64,000 nucleotides of DNA from Candidatus Spongiihabitans sp. (lineage in GTDB: Bacteria; Pseudomonadota; Gammaproteobacteria; Arenicellales; Poriferihabitantaceae): NCBI GenBank assembly GCA_965261335.1, contig OZ253450.1, forward strand, positions 2,438,650 to 2,502,649. Direction: 5' to 3'. Positions 1 through 9,516 of the stretch are shown here, one piece after another (position 1 is the stretch's first letter; every line of letters starts with the position of its first letter). Both the position numbers and the translations under genes were made by a program. The notes beneath the pieces were generated by a model. That model was not told the origin of the DNA. It made no database searches and was given only the letters and a program-made list of their open reading frames with translations.

Positions 1-1
1 T

Positions 2-907
2 CTGGTTGATATAGCGCGTAAAACCGGTGCTGATGCGATTGCCCATGGGGCAACAGGGAAGGGCAATGATCAGGTGCGTTTTGAATTGTCCGCTTATGCC
101 TTAAAGCCTGATATTCGGATTATTGCGCCTTGGCGGGAGTGGGATTTGACTTCGCGCGAAAAATTGCTGGCGTATGCACAAGCGCGTGGCATCGAAGTTG
201 AAAAGAAAAGAGATGGTGGTTCGCCTTATTCCATTGATGCGAATTTATTGCATATTTCCCATGAAGGCGGGGAGCTGGAAGACCCGTGGCATACGCCAGA
301 CGATGAGGCTTGGAGCTGGACAAATTCACCGATGCAGGCACCAGATGAAGCAGAACAACTGATTGTTGAATTTACTCGGGGCGACATCACGGCGATCAAT
401 GGTAAAGCGTTGACTCCAGCAGGGGTTTTAATCGCACTTAACGCCTTAGGCTCAAAGCATGGCATCGGGCGTGCTGATATTGTCGAGAATCGTTATGTCG
501 GCATGAAAAATCGAGGTTGTTACGAAACCCCGGGGGGCACGATTATGTTGAAAACACACCGTGCGATGGAGTCGCTTACCGTTGACCGGGAAGTGGCGCA
601 CCTGAAAGATGAGCTGATGCCACGCTATGCGAAATTAATTTACAATGGCTATTGGTTCAGTCCCGAGCGGTTGATGATGCAGGCAATGATCGATGCGTCT
701 CAACAGTCGGTAAGCGGCGAAGTTAAGGTGCGTTTATACAAAGGTAATGTCGATATTCTCGGTCGCCAATCGGCTACAGATTCGTTATTTGACCAGAAAA
801 TCGTCACCTTTGAGGATGACGCAGGCGCCTATAATCAAGCCGATGCCACTGGTTTCATTAAATTGAACGCATTACGTCTTCGTATCATGGCAGACCGCAA
901 GAAATAA
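2..907 (+). CDS. argG: argininosuccinate synthase, C-terminal ~300 aa (5' end lies outside the window)
   Basis: The frame is open from nt 2 ([28 protein letters not shown]). It continues through ORF 74..907 with ArgG blocks ([32 protein letters not shown]). Stop at 905-907. Confidence 0.95.
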   Translation: MVDIARKTGADAIAHGATGKGNDQVRFELSAYALKPDIRIIAPWREWDLTSREKLLAYAQARGIEVEKKRDGGSPYSIDANLLHISHEGGELEDPWHTPDDEAWSWTNSPMQAPDEAEQLIVEFTRGDITAINGKALTPAGVLIALNALGSKHGIGRADIVENRYVGMKNRGCYETPGGTIMLKTHRAMESLTVDREVAHLKDELMPRYAKLIYNGYWFSPERLMMQAMIDASQQSVSGEVKVRLYKGNVDILGRQSATDSLFDQKIVTFEDDAGAYNQADATGFIKLNALRLRIMADRKK

Positions 908-960
908 TACTGGTTTTTGCTACCCGTATCTGTATTCGTGCTGTATTCGCACCATAATTT

Positions 961-1689
961 ATGGACACCAAACCACGCATTTCAATCATTGTTCCGATTT
1001 ATAACGAAGGTAATCATATTGCCGCGTTGATTGAACATCTGCACGGATTAGCAAGCTTGCAAGAGGTGATTTTGGTGGATGCCAGCGATCAACCACAAGC
1101 CAAATCGATAGTCGCCGAGAGTGTGCTGGCGATGTCTAAATTATCGCCCGAGTCAGTAAAGATTACGCTAGTGACCAGCGATAAATCGGGTCGTGCTGTG
1201 CAAATGAATTTGGGTGCACAGTATTCTAACGGTGATATTCTGGTTTTTCTGCATTGTGATACACGCTTACCTGACGATGCCATACGCTTGATTCGGCAGG
1301 TTATTGAAAACGGCACTCAGTGGGGGCGATTTGATATTGCACTGGACTGCAAAGGTTTAATTTATCGCATCATAGAACGCATGATGAATCTTCGCTCGCG
1401 CGTACGGAGCATTGCTACCGGCGATCAGGCGATGTTTATTGCCGCTGATTTGTTTAATCAATGTGACGGTTACCCTGAGATTGTGCTAATGGAGGATATT
1501 GCAATTTGTCAGAAACTAAATCGCCATTGCCGCCCCGGATTGATAAAAAAATCGGTGCGAACATCGGCTCGCCGTTGGCAAAACAAAGGAGCTTTAGCGA
1601 CCATTTTACTGATGTGGAAATTACGATTATTATTTTGGCTCGGCGTGGATTCGACGCGCCTTGCGAGCATGTATCGCGATGAACGATAG
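961..1689 (+). CDS. family-2 glycosyltransferase (TIGR04283-like, partner of the DUF2064 gene)
   Basis: 242 aa. GT2 N-terminus ISIIVPIYNEGNHI, DxD-like region ILVFLHCDTRLP, and C-terminal TSARRW motif. Overlaps the next gene by 11 nt. Confidence 0.8.
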   Translation: MDTKPRISIIVPIYNEGNHIAALIEHLHGLASLQEVILVDASDQPQAKSIVAESVLAMSKLSPESVKITLVTSDKSGRAVQMNLGAQYSNGDILVFLHCDTRLPDDAIRLIRQVIENGTQWGRFDIALDCKGLIYRIIERMMNLRSRVRSIATGDQAMFIAADLFNQCDGYPEIVLMEDIAICQKLNRHCRPGLIKKSVRTSARRWQNKGALATILLMWKLRLLFWLGVDSTRLASMYRDER

Positions 1690-2317
1690 TGATAGTATTC
1701 CGCTGTATTTATTTGCCAAAGCACCGTTGCCGGGGCGGGTGAAAACACGGATGCAACCGCAATTAAGCGAAACTCAATCGGCACAGTTGGCAACCTTAAT
1801 GCTCAAGCAAACGGTGGAAAAAGTGTCTCGGTTCTGGCCCGGGAAATTGATTCTAACGGTTTCCCCAAGCATCAATCATGCGTTATTTGACCAGCTTGCA
1901 CATCATTATAATCTGCCGCTGGAAGAACAGGTTGATGGGGATTTAGGTAGCAAGATGCTGCATGTGCTTGGTCAAGGCATCGAACAGTTTGGCAGTGCGG
2001 TGGTGATGGGTTGCGATGTACCTCAAATCACCAATAAGATACTGCTTCAGGTACATGCTCGGTTGGTGGAAAAACAGCCTATCATCGGACCGGCAAGCGA
2101 TGGTGGTTTCTATCTGTTCGGGCTTAACCGCATGGTGCCGGGTATTTTCGCTGGTGTTGATTGGGGTAGTCGACAGGTCATCGCACGGGTCTGTCAGAAT
2201 TTTCAACATTTGGGTATGGCATTATCGCATTGTAGCGAATTGCGCGATATTGATAACTGGGACGATTTATGCTGGCTGGGCACACATGATCAACATTATC
2301 GGGAGTTCGTAGCGTGA
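1679..2317 (+). CDS. DUF2064 / TIGR04282-family glycosyltransferase-like protein
   Basis: LYLFAKAPLPGRVKTRM, GDLGSKM, GCDVPQI, GPASDGGFYLFGL and DWGS match the DUF2064 signature. I chose the ATG at 1679 rather than the ORF-track start at 1661. Confidence 0.8.
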   Translation: MNDSDSIPLYLFAKAPLPGRVKTRMQPQLSETQSAQLATLMLKQTVEKVSRFWPGKLILTVSPSINHALFDQLAHHYNLPLEEQVDGDLGSKMLHVLGQGIEQFGSAVVMGCDVPQITNKILLQVHARLVEKQPIIGPASDGGFYLFGLNRMVPGIFAGVDWGSRQVIARVCQNFQHLGMALSHCSELRDIDNWDDLCWLGTHDQHYREFVA

Positions 2318-2376
2318 TGCTATTGGGTCGCGAAATAGGGTCATTACACTCGTTGATCGTTTGAATAGTACCGATT

Positions 2377-3339
2377 ATGCCGCTGAAGCCAATGCGTTCT
2401 GATACTGCGGTCGATGTTTCGACAGTCGCTTTCCAGTGGCTGTTTTTAATGCCCAAATACTGGGGAGTCTGGTTGATGCTCGGTTTTTTCTGGCTCATTA
2501 TGTGGCTACCAAGAAAATGGATTATGCGCATCGGCAGGTTGCTTGGCGAGCAAATGTATCAGCGTAATTCTAAGCGGCGGCGGATTGCCGAAATCAATAT
2601 TCGCTTGTGTTTTCCGCATCTTTCGGAAATACAGCAGCAACAGATGGTGCAGGAACATTTTCATTGTTATGGCAGAAGCGTAGCAGATATGGGCTTGGTC
2701 ATGCTCGGGTCAATGCGGCGAATCAAGCAATATTCGGAGGTCATTGGTCTTGAGGATATGACCGAATTACAGCAAACCCGCAACATTATTGTCGTTTGTT
2801 ATCATACGATTGCTTTGGATATGGGCGGATTTTCGGCATTGGCAGAAATAGATATGGTTTCAATGATGAAGCGCGACCGCAATCCGTTGCTAAATTGGTT
2901 CGTGCATCGCGCGCGAACGCGCCACAAAAAGGCACTTATTTTTATGCGCGACCAGGGGTTGCATGGCATTATAAAGGGCATCAATAATGGTAGAGTGTGT
3001 CACTTCCTGCCAGATGAGGATTTTGGCGATGGTAAACATACGGTTTTTGCGCCGTTTTTCGGACAACAACGTTCGACCTTAAATACCGTCAGTCGGTTAG
3101 CCAAAATTACCGATGCAGTGGTGATACCCAGTAGTTGTCGGCTGATGCCAAAGAGCGGGACATACCGAACGACAATAGGCTCGCCACTAGATAATTTTCC
3201 AGCTGACGATTATGTTGCCGATGCGACCAACATACATCAGACAATGGAGCAACTGATTCTGGCAGCACCCGCACAGTATATGTGGACTTTTCGCTGGTTT
3301 CGAACTCAGCCCGATGGCAAGCCGAGTCCTTATCAATAA
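2377..3339 (+). CDS. lpxL: lipid A biosynthesis lauroyl/myristoyl acyltransferase (LpxL/HtrB family)
   Basis: 320 aa. MPKYWGVWLMLG N-terminal TM region, HT..LDMGG, LPDEDFG, FAPFFG and a PAQYMWTFRWFRTQPDG C-terminus typical of LpxL/LpxM. The specific paralog is not resolved. Confidence 0.85.
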   Translation: MPLKPMRSDTAVDVSTVAFQWLFLMPKYWGVWLMLGFFWLIMWLPRKWIMRIGRLLGEQMYQRNSKRRRIAEINIRLCFPHLSEIQQQQMVQEHFHCYGRSVADMGLVMLGSMRRIKQYSEVIGLEDMTELQQTRNIIVVCYHTIALDMGGFSALAEIDMVSMMKRDRNPLLNWFVHRARTRHKKALIFMRDQGLHGIIKGINNGRVCHFLPDEDFGDGKHTVFAPFFGQQRSTLNTVSRLAKITDAVVIPSSCRLMPKSGTYRTTIGSPLDNFPADDYVADATNIHQTMEQLILAAPAQYMWTFRWFRTQPDGKPSPYQ

Positions 3340-3420
3340 CCATCAAACTCCATTGACCGCAAACGTTGCCCATCTTGGCAATGAGCATCAGCGATTTGTC
3401 CACGGCGAATTCAAGCACCA

Positions 3421-4350
3421 TTAGTTGAGCATTGCTTCAAATTCTTTTTCCGACTGTGCGGCTTCTTGCTTAATCCATGTTCTGAAGGCGGCAATTTGTG
3501 GTTCGTTTTCACGTCCGAGAGTACATATAAAAAAATAAGACACATTTGATTTGCTTTTGATCTCTGGAAACAAGCGTACTAGACGACCCGCTTTAACATC
3601 ATCCAGCACATGTGCGCTACGCGCCAACGCAACGCCTTGATCGTCGATGGCAGCCTGAATTGCCAGACTGGTTTGGGGGAATTGTGTGCCTTTGGGCATT
3701 TTTCTAACCAGCACATCGGCATCTTTGAACCAATCATGCCATCGTTGTAAAATGTCCACGGCATTGCGCCGCAAAAGTGGCAGATTCAATAAATCTTCGG
3801 GTTTTTGCGGCATCCCATATTCTTCAAGAAAATGTGGGCTACATACTGGGAAAACATATTCTTGCAATAAGAGTTCTTCATAGAGACTCCCCCAATTCCC
3901 ATAGCCGAGACGGATACCCACATCAGCTTTTTCCGAATCGAAAAGCACCAGTTCATCGGAGGTTGAAATCCAAACGTCAATATCAGGGTATTCACGCTTG
4001 AAACGTCCGAGTCTTGGCACCAGCCATTTGAACGCAAAAGATTGTAACAAGGTGACTCGAAGGGCCGAGGAGCTATTATCTTTTTCGGTTATCTCTTCGA
4101 TAGTCGCGGTAATACGGCGGATAAAATCCCGCACCACAGGGGCCAGAGCATGTCCGGCTTCGGTCAGTACAATTCGTCTGCCACGGCGCTCAAATAGCTT
4201 GACTCCCCACAACGATTCGATATGTTTAATCTGATGACTAACCGCACTTTGGGTAACAAACAACTCTTCAGCGGCATGGGTATAACTTAAATGTCGGGCC
4301 GCCGCTTCCAGAGCGCGTAAGGCTGACATGGGTGGGAATCGAATCGACAT
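3421..4350 (-). CDS. LysR-family transcriptional regulator (GcvA-like)
   Basis: 309 aa. N-terminal wHTH LRALEAAARHLSYTHAAEELFVTQSAVSHQIKHIE followed by a LysR substrate-binding domain. Confidence 0.9.
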   Translation of the reverse strand: MSIRFPPMSALRALEAAARHLSYTHAAEELFVTQSAVSHQIKHIESLWGVKLFERRGRRIVLTEAGHALAPVVRDFIRRITATIEEITEKDNSSSALRVTLLQSFAFKWLVPRLGRFKREYPDIDVWISTSDELVLFDSEKADVGIRLGYGNWGSLYEELLLQEYVFPVCSPHFLEEYGMPQKPEDLLNLPLLRRNAVDILQRWHDWFKDADVLVRKMPKGTQFPQTSLAIQAAIDDQGVALARSAHVLDDVKAGRLVRLFPEIKSKSNVSYFFICTLGRENEPQIAAFRTWIKQEAAQSEKEFEAMLN

Positions 4351-4370
4351 ATTGAATGTTATAGATGGTT

Positions 4371-4396
4371 AATACATGAGTAATTGCTCATGTATT
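4371..4396. promoter_or_regulatory. perfect 10-bp inverted repeat (AATACATGAG-N6-CTCATGTATT), candidate LysR-type operator
   Basis: Read directly. It lies 21 bp upstream of the LysR start codon, in the divergent region towards the DUF1127 gene, and has T-N11-A-like symmetry. Confidence 0.45.
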
Positions 4397-4506
4397 ATAT
4401 GAAAAACTTTCGTTTGTTCGCAAGAGGTTTTACCCTTATATTCCCACTGTTAGCTAATACGTCTAACACAACGAAATTAAACAGAAAACTCTACATTTTC
4501 AGAAAA

Positions 4507-4593
4507 ATGGCAAACAAATTATTTATCACAGTGGGACTGGCACATGTCGGCACACTCGCATTATTAACCATCGTCATGATATTAACCAACTAG
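4507..4593 (+). CDS. possible 28-aa hydrophobic small protein (MANKLFITVGLAHVGTLALLTIVMILTN)
   Basis: Internal ATG of ORF 4384..4593 encoding a single predicted TM helix. It ends 9 nt before the DUF1127 gene. No clear SD sequence. Confidence 0.2.
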   Translation: MANKLFITVGLAHVGTLALLTIVMILTN

Positions 4594-4602
4594 GAGGCTA
4601 AC

Positions 4603-4881
4603 ATGAAAAAAACTGTAAACATAAAAGAAAAGGTCAATGTTGTACATGGGCAATTTCGTCGCGGAATATTAGTGCGGATTTTTCATAAGATTAAGATGTT
4701 GATTGAGCGTAGAAACACTATCCGTCAATTAAGTGCATTGTCTGACAGGATGCTGAATGATATTGGCATCGACCGTGTTCAGATTAATAGTTTGGTCAAT
4801 CGACGCGGTAAATTTTCACAGATTATTTCAAGCCGAACCGAGAAGCCCGATACTGCGACAGATTTTCGCAGAGCGGCATAA
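4603..4881 (+). CDS. DUF1127 domain-containing small protein
   Basis: 92 aa. RRNTIRQLSALSDRMLNDIGIDR matches the DUF1127 core. Strong SD (TAGGAGG) lies 6 nt upstream. Confidence 0.75.
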   Translation: MKKTVNIKEKVNVVHGQFRRGILVRIFHKIKMLIERRNTIRQLSALSDRMLNDIGIDRVQINSLVNRRGKFSQIISSRTEKPDTATDFRRAA

Positions 4882-4912
4882 TATTATCCTCCATTAAGGG
4901 GTTATCCCCTCA

Positions 4913-4942
4913 GGACGTTCTCCTCCGAACGTCCTTTTTTTT
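4913..4942 (+). terminator. Rho-independent terminator downstream of the DUF1127 gene
   Basis: GGACGTTC-tcctcc-GAACGTCC stem-loop followed by T8. Confidence 0.8.
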
Positions 4943-5044
4943 GCCTGCTTGTATGACAATCCGATGGGTGACAAGTCTAGGTTCAGATAGATATGAGAAT
5001 ATAAAAAATCGGTAGTATCCTATAATTAGTAATTAAATCTGGCC

Positions 5045-6385
5045 TTTCTGGCAACCCTATGGGTATAGATTAAGTTTTCCACAATGAAACAAAATTGAAA
5101 CGCGATAGTTTTCGAAATTTCTAAATCCTCTGGCAGCCGATTTTGGGCTTGTCGGAAAATGGCGTTTTTATCTTGTTGTGAATATTTAAGTCCTTGTTAT
5201 TAAAATTTTTATTTTCTTAAAATTGGACTTATTTCGAATTAACCGACAAGCCCTTAATGACCGGATTTAGACGTGAATGTGTCGCCCACCAGTACCCCTT
5301 CTTAAAGAACGCTTGGCTAGTTTATCATCGCAATAAGTCCACAGATCAAGCAGCGTCTCTTTGATTGCCCAATCTCGGGCGACCTTCAACCCTTTTGATT
5401 GAAGGCAAGAAAAAGTGGCTTTATCTTTTTCACTCTAGTTGTTGGGATTGTGTAACCATGTATAGCGAGACCCGACCAAATCATCGATACCAGTGGTTCT
5501 TAATGTTCTATTTTCTTTACGCCTGACTTCGGCTCGGTGAGCTCGCCGCACCGAGTCAACCATTTTTGTAAGATAGCTGACGATATGAAACTTGTCGTGA
5601 ACAATAGCGGCGTTCGGTAAAGTCGCCTCAACTGCCGTCATAAAAGGAACCCACATGTCCACGGCAACCGCCGCTATTTCATTGCGTCTTTGCTCGGGAA
5701 GCATGGACAACAATGTGGTTGCCGATTCCGTCTTTCTATCTGCCACGACCTCAAGCACTCTGGACGCATTCAAATCGTACAGCAAGCTGACATAAGATTG
5801 CCCCTTGCGGAAACTTTTTTCATCGATGCCAATGTTTCACTTTCTCAACAGAGCGTCTGTCCATCCCCCTTTTCACCGCTCGGGATTGAATATGATGCAC
5901 CTCATCCCACGACAAGCCAAGTAGTTTTGCGGCTTGTGTTTTGTTGCTGCAAGCCGATAAAACATCAATAGCACTCAAATAAATGCGTAAAGCGTGCTTG
6001 CGTATCTACCATAAGTTCTTTCAGGCTTTTGATTCCATGCTCTTTACAATGAATACGCAGAACATAAGCACCGAGCGCGTCTTGAATTGCATCGTATCAA
6101 TGTCGCCATGTGCGCTGCTCACGGTGGTCGTAAACCGAACAAAGGGCATTGCAGGTATTACACGCGCCTTTCGTTCCTTTTGCCCAATCTATCTGGATGG
6201 TCATTGATTTGTCGGTCAAATTCGGCGTAATAGCCGTGATTCGCACCGTGATTCGCCATGGGTCGCTAAGCCCCAAAAGCTGAGCAAACAATGTGGTATC
6301 TTTCATTTGAATATCTCCATAAAAAAATATACTCGTACCGAATTTTTGAACATTGTTTGGCTTTTACCCATAGGAAACTCAGGAG
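5045..6385 (-). pseudogene. degenerate ISL3-family insertion sequence (transposase in at least 4 frame fragments)
   Basis: N-terminal zf-ISL3-like piece (ORF 6097..6306, LLGLSDPW...). Middle piece (ORF 5435..5785). C-terminus AARGFRNFENYRVSILFHCGKLNLYP translated by hand from 5060..5140. Interrupted by MITE-A. Confidence 0.8.
5145..5253 (+). repeat. MITE-A, complete copy (109 bp) inserted inside the ISL3 transposase remnant
   Basis: TIRs GGGCTTGTCGG...CCGACAAGCCC. The body matches 16380..16487 and the split copy at 8121/9376. Confidence 0.8.
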
Positions 6386-6394
6386 AACCATTAA

Positions 6395-7927
6395 TTATTC
6401 ACTACTCAATTTAATAATTCGATCTGCCAAATTATCATATTTGATACTGTTTAACTGATATGTGATGACCGTATCAATATGCTCCAACGACGCAACCCGT
6501 TCGTCTTTATGTGCTTGCAGAAGATCCCGAAATGATGAGCGACCGAATTGATAGTTTTCATACTCGATTCGGGTGCTTAGCACGGTCGCATCAATGACAT
6601 CGATTAGTTTGCTTTCGTCCAACGTCAGCAAAGCACTCAGTAGCTGCATCTCTGCCACGATGTCTTGCTGTTTGTCTTTATAGCTAATTTCCAGTTTTCG
6701 AACACCCAACAAGGATTTCTGTAAACTTGCTTGACTAGTCACATTGCCACCCAACGGATAAACAAATTCCAAACCAACCGCATAATTCATTTTGTCATCG
6801 TCATAGGTGGCAGTACGACTGTTTCTGTCGCTCCGATTTCTTTCTGCCTCTGCAGTAAAATTGAGCGTAGCCAGATTTTGGTTTTCGTAATAAGCGACAT
6901 CAATCTGCTTTAATTTGGTACTCAGGGCAATTCTTTGCAGGGTGCGATTATGTGTTTTCAAATAATTCGGCACATTTTCTTTAATCAGAACGATCCGTTT
7001 ATGTAAATCGAATTCTGGAATTTCGGTTAAAATTTCTCGGTCGTTCAATAAAGCAGATAGCTTTTGCTTAATGGCATGTAACTTAGCCTGCGTATCCTGC
7101 TGCTGATTTTCAATTTGAGCAACAATGCTGTTCAAAAGTGCCGTTTCCTGAGTGTCTTTGGGCTGTAAATGACCTAACTTGTTTAAGGATTCCTGATTGA
7201 TTGACATCTGTTGCTGATATAAAACCCACGATAGGTAATCGTTTAATCGGTCATGCAAGAAATTCTCTTTTGTTTCATAGAACAAAAGTTTTTGACGTTT
7301 TAAGTCCAGAACATCTCTGTGGTATGTTTTAAGAGATGCCGCATGGCTGTCATGCTTGAGCAATGGATATTTAAAACGAATATATTGCGTGCTTGCATGT
7401 TCCTTGAATTCATAATCTTTATTTTTTCTTTTTTCATGTCTTACTTCCGATGTTTTGTCATTGCCCCAGTGCATCCCGATTGCAACACTGCTAGGATTAG
7501 ACAAAAATCGTTTTTCAAAATCCAAAGCAATTTTTTGCGGATATTGTCGCGTTGCTTTGGTGTAGGGTGATTTAGAGCTTGTGTCCCTATCTAAACCCCG
7601 ATAGCGATAATCCAATTCAAAAGACAGCGTTGTCTGCCAATTTTGATAATTGTCACGACTGGTATCCATCTCTATCTGCTTGATATCCAAACCAATCTGT
7701 GCTTCTTCAAGCAATCGACCATGTGCAATCACCTTATCAATAAACTGCGACTCGGTAATCGCAAAAGAATAGACTGGGAACAATAGCAAAAGCAGGCATC
7801 CTGACACCAACAATCCCTTATACGTTGTATTCCCTTCATGCTGCCATTGCGAACAGCACACTCTCCATGTGTTATTCCCTGAGTTATTCCTTAAGTTTTT
7901 CCCTATTCTCAACATTTTCGCCTCCAT
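6395..7927 (-). CDS. divergent TolC-family outer-membrane efflux protein (orphan; start uncertain)
   Basis: 510-aa ORF with coiled-coil-rich two-repeat organisation and an OEP-like C-terminus (SFRDLLQAHKDERVASLEHIDTVITYQLNSIKYDNL). Signal-like GLLVSGCLLLLLFPVYSFA. An alternative GTG start lies near 7861. AT-rich. Confidence 0.5.
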   Translation of the reverse strand: MEAKMLRIGKNLRNNSGNNTWRVCCSQWQHEGNTTYKGLLVSGCLLLLLFPVYSFAITESQFIDKVIAHGRLLEEAQIGLDIKQIEMDTSRDNYQNWQTTLSFELDYRYRGLDRDTSSKSPYTKATRQYPQKIALDFEKRFLSNPSSVAIGMHWGNDKTSEVRHEKRKNKDYEFKEHASTQYIRFKYPLLKHDSHAASLKTYHRDVLDLKRQKLLFYETKENFLHDRLNDYLSWVLYQQQMSINQESLNKLGHLQPKDTQETALLNSIVAQIENQQQDTQAKLHAIKQKLSALLNDREILTEIPEFDLHKRIVLIKENVPNYLKTHNRTLQRIALSTKLKQIDVAYYENQNLATLNFTAEAERNRSDRNSRTATYDDDKMNYAVGLEFVYPLGGNVTSQASLQKSLLGVRKLEISYKDKQQDIVAEMQLLSALLTLDESKLIDVIDATVLSTRIEYENYQFGRSSFRDLLQAHKDERVASLEHIDTVITYQLNSIKYDNLADRIIKLSSE

Positions 7928-8120
7928 GCAAAAAGTTCATTGTACAATACTTTTCAAAGAAAAATATCGTGAAACACCCGTTTCCCCAAATCCCCAGATA
8001 TTCTAATAGACTATTCTCCCAAATCCAAGTCATCTCGGTCGATATATCCAAGCGATTATTTCGGCAAAAATCGTGTTTTGTCCGCACTAGGATCCGTTTT
8101 TTAGGCACATCTTGTGTCTA

Positions 8121-8172
8121 GGGCTTGTCGGTTAATTCAAAATCAGTCCAATTTTAAGAAAATAAAATTTTT
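8121..8172 (-). repeat. MITE-A, half split off by the IS5-like insertion
   Basis: GGGCTTGTCGGTTAATTCAAAATCAGTCCAATTTTAAGAAAATAAAA equals the reverse complement of the 16440-16487 end of the intact copy. Confidence 0.8.
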
Positions 8173-9322
8173 AGAGACTTTTGCATAATCCACAAAACAC
8201 CCCTCGCAACTCACAAACAACGTGATTTTTTATAAATTTGCCTCATTTTTTCGCCCATGTTCTCTCAATCATCAATACGACACCAAAAAAGCCTCTATTT
8301 CGGCACTTTTAACCGCTTTTAGTGGGTTTTAATCTGTTTTATTGCCCATTTAGGTGCAACTCTCCTTTAAACGTTGCAGTTCTTTGAAAATATTCATCCC
8401 AGTTTTAAGGTTATGGCTCATGGCAATCAGATGTGCGCGGGTTTTGTTTCTGGCTAACCCCATGTATCTGCCTTGCTTAATCCGTGATGCAGTTTGAGCA
8501 AACCAAAGGTGCGTTCAACCACATAGCGGACACTGCTATACATTTTATTCAGTGCTTTTTGTTGCTCCCTTAATGGCGTGTTGCGATATGCTCGGTGCAG
8601 GATTCTATTGTCTGCTTTACCCAGTTTCTCGTCATTGTCTTTGTTGGCACTTGTGCCCTGTGGGTATAGGCACTGTCTGCGTAAACTTGTCCGTGCCTAT
8701 CGCCTAACAGATGTTCAAGCTCCTGTGAATCATGCAATGAATCATGCACATTGCCAGGCGTATAGGTCATTTTCTTGATAACCATCTTCATCGGTATTGG
8801 CGTGCAGCTTAAATCCGTAGGTACTTTTACGCCTGCCATCGGATGCCGTTTTCACGTTCCATGCCGCTTCCGGTCTTGGGTATTGTGCCTTGTTTGTTCT
8901 TTTTAGAACGGCATTGCTTCGCCTCAATCACAGTCGCATCGATAATATTGACCGAGCCTTGAGCAACAATAAGACTGTTTTTAGCGAGATGATGATTGAT
9001 CTGCACCAATAAAGAATCAAGCAGATTTTCGGTGTGTAATAAGTTCCTAAACCGCCAAATAGTGGAATGATCGGGTACTGCATCACTGAGACTCAAACCA
9101 ATAAACCGGCGGAACATTAAATCCCGGGCTATCTGTGTCCAATCGATAATTTCATGCACATCATCTAGTTTGGACAATGACTTATGCTCGATTAAAAGGG
9201 CATCTGCGAACGAGTATTGGGCGGTTTGTTTCCAAGACATTTGACGGTATCATCAAGGTTTATTGAATGAACGCTATTTTACCATTTTAGTCGTGCCCCG
9301 GGTGGATTTATGCAAAGGTCTC
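8173..9322 (-). mobile_element. IS5-family insertion sequence, copy 1 (defective transposase)
   Basis: TIRs GAGACTTTTGCATAATCCAC / GTGGATTTATGCAAAGGTCTC. Transposase pieces are ORFs 8827..9240, 8742..8927 and 8570..8839, plus a hand-translated C-terminus (VERTFGLLKLHHGLSKARYMGLARN) ending near 8351. It has an N-terminal deletion relative to copy 3 and at least 2 frameshifts. Confidence 0.85.
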
Positions 9323-9376
9323 AACAATGACTTAAATATTCACAACAAGCTAAAAACGCCATTTTTCGACAAGCCC
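9323..9376 (-). repeat. MITE-A, other half of the copy split by the IS5-like element
   Basis: ...ATATTCACAACAAGCTAAAAACGCCATTTTTCGACAAGCCC matches the reverse complement of the left part of MITE-A. Confidence 0.8.
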
Positions 9377-9516
9377 GTCTAATGCTTTATTTCTTTGGTT
9401 TTACGTTAAATGGGCGGCGGCTCAAACACCTTCGGTGCAAACACCTGTTGCAACAGAGGGAGTATTGTCCTGCCACAAGTACGGAATCGATTTTCGAGAG
9501 ATGTGGGCGGGAAACC

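Noticed and set aside
4384-4506. N-terminal part of ORF 4384..4593
   Set aside because: It overlaps the palindromic operator and promoter region, is AT-rich and has an implausible sequence. Only the distal 28-codon hydrophobic part is kept, as a low-confidence feature.
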